DNA of 64,000 nucleotides from Gammaproteobacteria bacterium (GTDB lineage Bacteria; Pseudomonadota; Gammaproteobacteria; DSM-16500): NCBI GenBank assembly GCA_013286215.1, contig JABDGC010000001.1, positions 92,564 to 156,563 of the forward strand, read 5' to 3'. Shown piece by piece: positions 62,754 to 64,000 of this stretch (position 1 is its first letter; each line of letters starts with the position of its first letter). The notes under the pieces were generated by a model. It saw only the letters and a program-made list of their open reading frames with translations, ran no database searches and was not told where the DNA came from. The position numbers and the translations under genes were made by a program.

Positions 62754-63077
62754 ATGATCATTTTGATTGGGCTGGGAGTCTCACTTGTTGTGTTTCTGGT
62801 GCTCTTCTGGTTTTTCTCGAGTGTCGGCGGGCATTCCATGAAAGCCGTGGAGGATGCTCGGGAGGCTTCTAAAACCTTTACCATCAGTAGCAAAGATATT
62901 GAAACCATCTCCGGTGATAATCTGCTGTCCACGCAGTTGGACCTGGCGCGGGCGTATATTGAAACGGAAAGAAAAAATCTTGCAAAAAGTATCCTCAACA
63001 ACGTGATGCAGCATGGCAGCGAAGAACAAAGACAGGAAGCGAAACGCTTGTTAGGCGGCTTGCAAACGGTAACCTGA
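62754..63077 (+). CDS. minimal FimV-like protein (TM helix + FimV C-terminal motif only)
   Basis: 107 aa. The TM helix IILIGLGVSLVVFLVLFWFF is followed by LSTQLDLARAYIETERKNLAKSILNNVMQHGSEEQRQEAKRLL, which matches the FimV/HubP C-terminal peptide. The gene sits directly upstream of truA, as fimV does in many gammaproteobacteria. Confidence 0.6.
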   Translation: MIILIGLGVSLVVFLVLFWFFSSVGGHSMKAVEDAREASKTFTISSKDIETISGDNLLSTQLDLARAYIETERKNLAKSILNNVMQHGSEEQRQEAKRLLGGLQTVT

Positions 63078-63082
63078 TCCGC

Positions 63083-63886
63083 ATGCGTATTGCTCTCGGT
63101 ATAGAATATGACGGCAGCTCTTATCACGGCTGGCAGGCGCAAAGCAACGCGCACAAGCAGTTGCCGACGGTGCAAGCCGCTTTGCAGCAAGCTTTGTCCC
63201 GCATCGCAGATCATCCCGTTGAACTCTACTGCGCTGGACGCACCGATGCCGGGGTGCATGCCACGGGTCAGGTAGTCCACTTTGACACCGAAGCCAAAAG
63301 ACATCCCGACGCCTGGATTTGGGGCGCAAACGCCTATTTACCGCCAGATATCGCCGTCCGCTGGGCCAAGTCCGTGGATTATGGCTTTCACGCCCGCTTT
63401 TCCGCTTTGGCTCGACGCTATCGCTATCTCATTTACAATCATCCCATTCGCCCCGCCGTTTTGTCCGGCAGCGTGACCTGGAATTACTATCCGCTGGAGG
63501 CAGAGGCCATGCAGGCGGCGACTTCCTACTTCCTGGGCGAGCAGGATTTTAGCTCCTTTCGTTCCTCAGAATGTTCTTCTAAAACCGCAATGCGCAAGGT
63601 GACCTCCTTGCAGGTGACGCGTGAAAATGATTTTGTCGTTATTGAGGTGGAAGCCAATGCTTTTTTGCATCATATGGTGCGCAATATCGCCGGCGTTTTA
63701 ATGCGGATCGGCGCCGGGTGGGAAAAACCGGCATGGGCCTTGGAGGTCCTCCAGGCCCGCGATCGCCGCAAGGCCGCTGAGACGGCTCCGGCTCAGGGGC
63801 TGTACCTGGTTCAGGTGCGCTATCCGGAGCTCTATTCATTTCCGTATTCAGACGCGGTGTCAAAAAAAATAACGCGGTTAATCTGA
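63083..63886 (+). CDS. truA: tRNA pseudouridine(38-40) synthase TruA
   Basis: MRIALGIEYDGSSYHGWQ and the catalytic GRTDAGVHA motif. Confidence 0.93.
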   Translation: MRIALGIEYDGSSYHGWQAQSNAHKQLPTVQAALQQALSRIADHPVELYCAGRTDAGVHATGQVVHFDTEAKRHPDAWIWGANAYLPPDIAVRWAKSVDYGFHARFSALARRYRYLIYNHPIRPAVLSGSVTWNYYPLEAEAMQAATSYFLGEQDFSSFRSSECSSKTAMRKVTSLQVTRENDFVVIEVEANAFLHHMVRNIAGVLMRIGAGWEKPAWALEVLQARDRRKAAETAPAQGLYLVQVRYPELYSFPYSDAVSKKITRLI

Positions 63887-64000
63887 TTAGATCTTGCATA
63901 TAACGGCTATCAAAAAGTTGAATAAAGATGTGTCGTGTTAACCACTCTCATAATATTGGAACCTCTCCTCCACCAAAAGCGGGCGTTACTGAATAAAAAG

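Overview
This is a 64-kb chromosomal window from a gammaproteobacterium. The assignment rests on the uvrC-pgsA-tRNA Gly/Cys/Leu-fdxA-tsaB gene order and on mrdA-rodA-mltB-rlpA-rseP, degP, rluD/bamD, nadE, ygfZ, pncA, ubiG, pepN, fumC, pfkA, a DAHP synthase, an arginase, a large NAD-GDH and truA. About 40 kb is ordinary housekeeping sequence, called here from motif-level reading of the supplied translations. purL at 1..1852 is my own translation because it runs off the window.

Everything unusual sits in two accessory blocks.

(1) 4.7-15.2 kb is a head-to-tail array of four intact genes plus one internally deleted pseudogene. They encode large helical ORFan proteins (family 1). The array grew by nested tandem duplication, and the copies dragged along fossils of the 3' end of the adjacent FGE (sulfatase maturase) gene and of the tail of the first array gene. 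One copy carries a 28-nt CA microsatellite in its leader.

(2) 30.1-41.4 kb is an ~11-kb block with no recognisable enzyme. It starts with two convergent AT-rich genes for proteins with long bilobed hydrophobic segments. Seven genes (family 2) follow, built from 12 copies of a ~85-aa module that I cannot assign to any known domain. The modules are joined by Ser/Pro-rich linkers, and most of the proteins end in basic KKRK-like tails.

I interpret both families as candidate secreted effector families of a host-associated (Legionellales-like) bacterium. That interpretation is inference only: the window contains no secretion system, integrase, transposase, CRISPR array or rRNA. Two families of palindromic REP/MITE-like elements, three tRNAs, several promoters and hairpins, and a truncated efflux adaptor gene are also annotated. 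No database search was possible, so all family assignments rest on recognised motifs.
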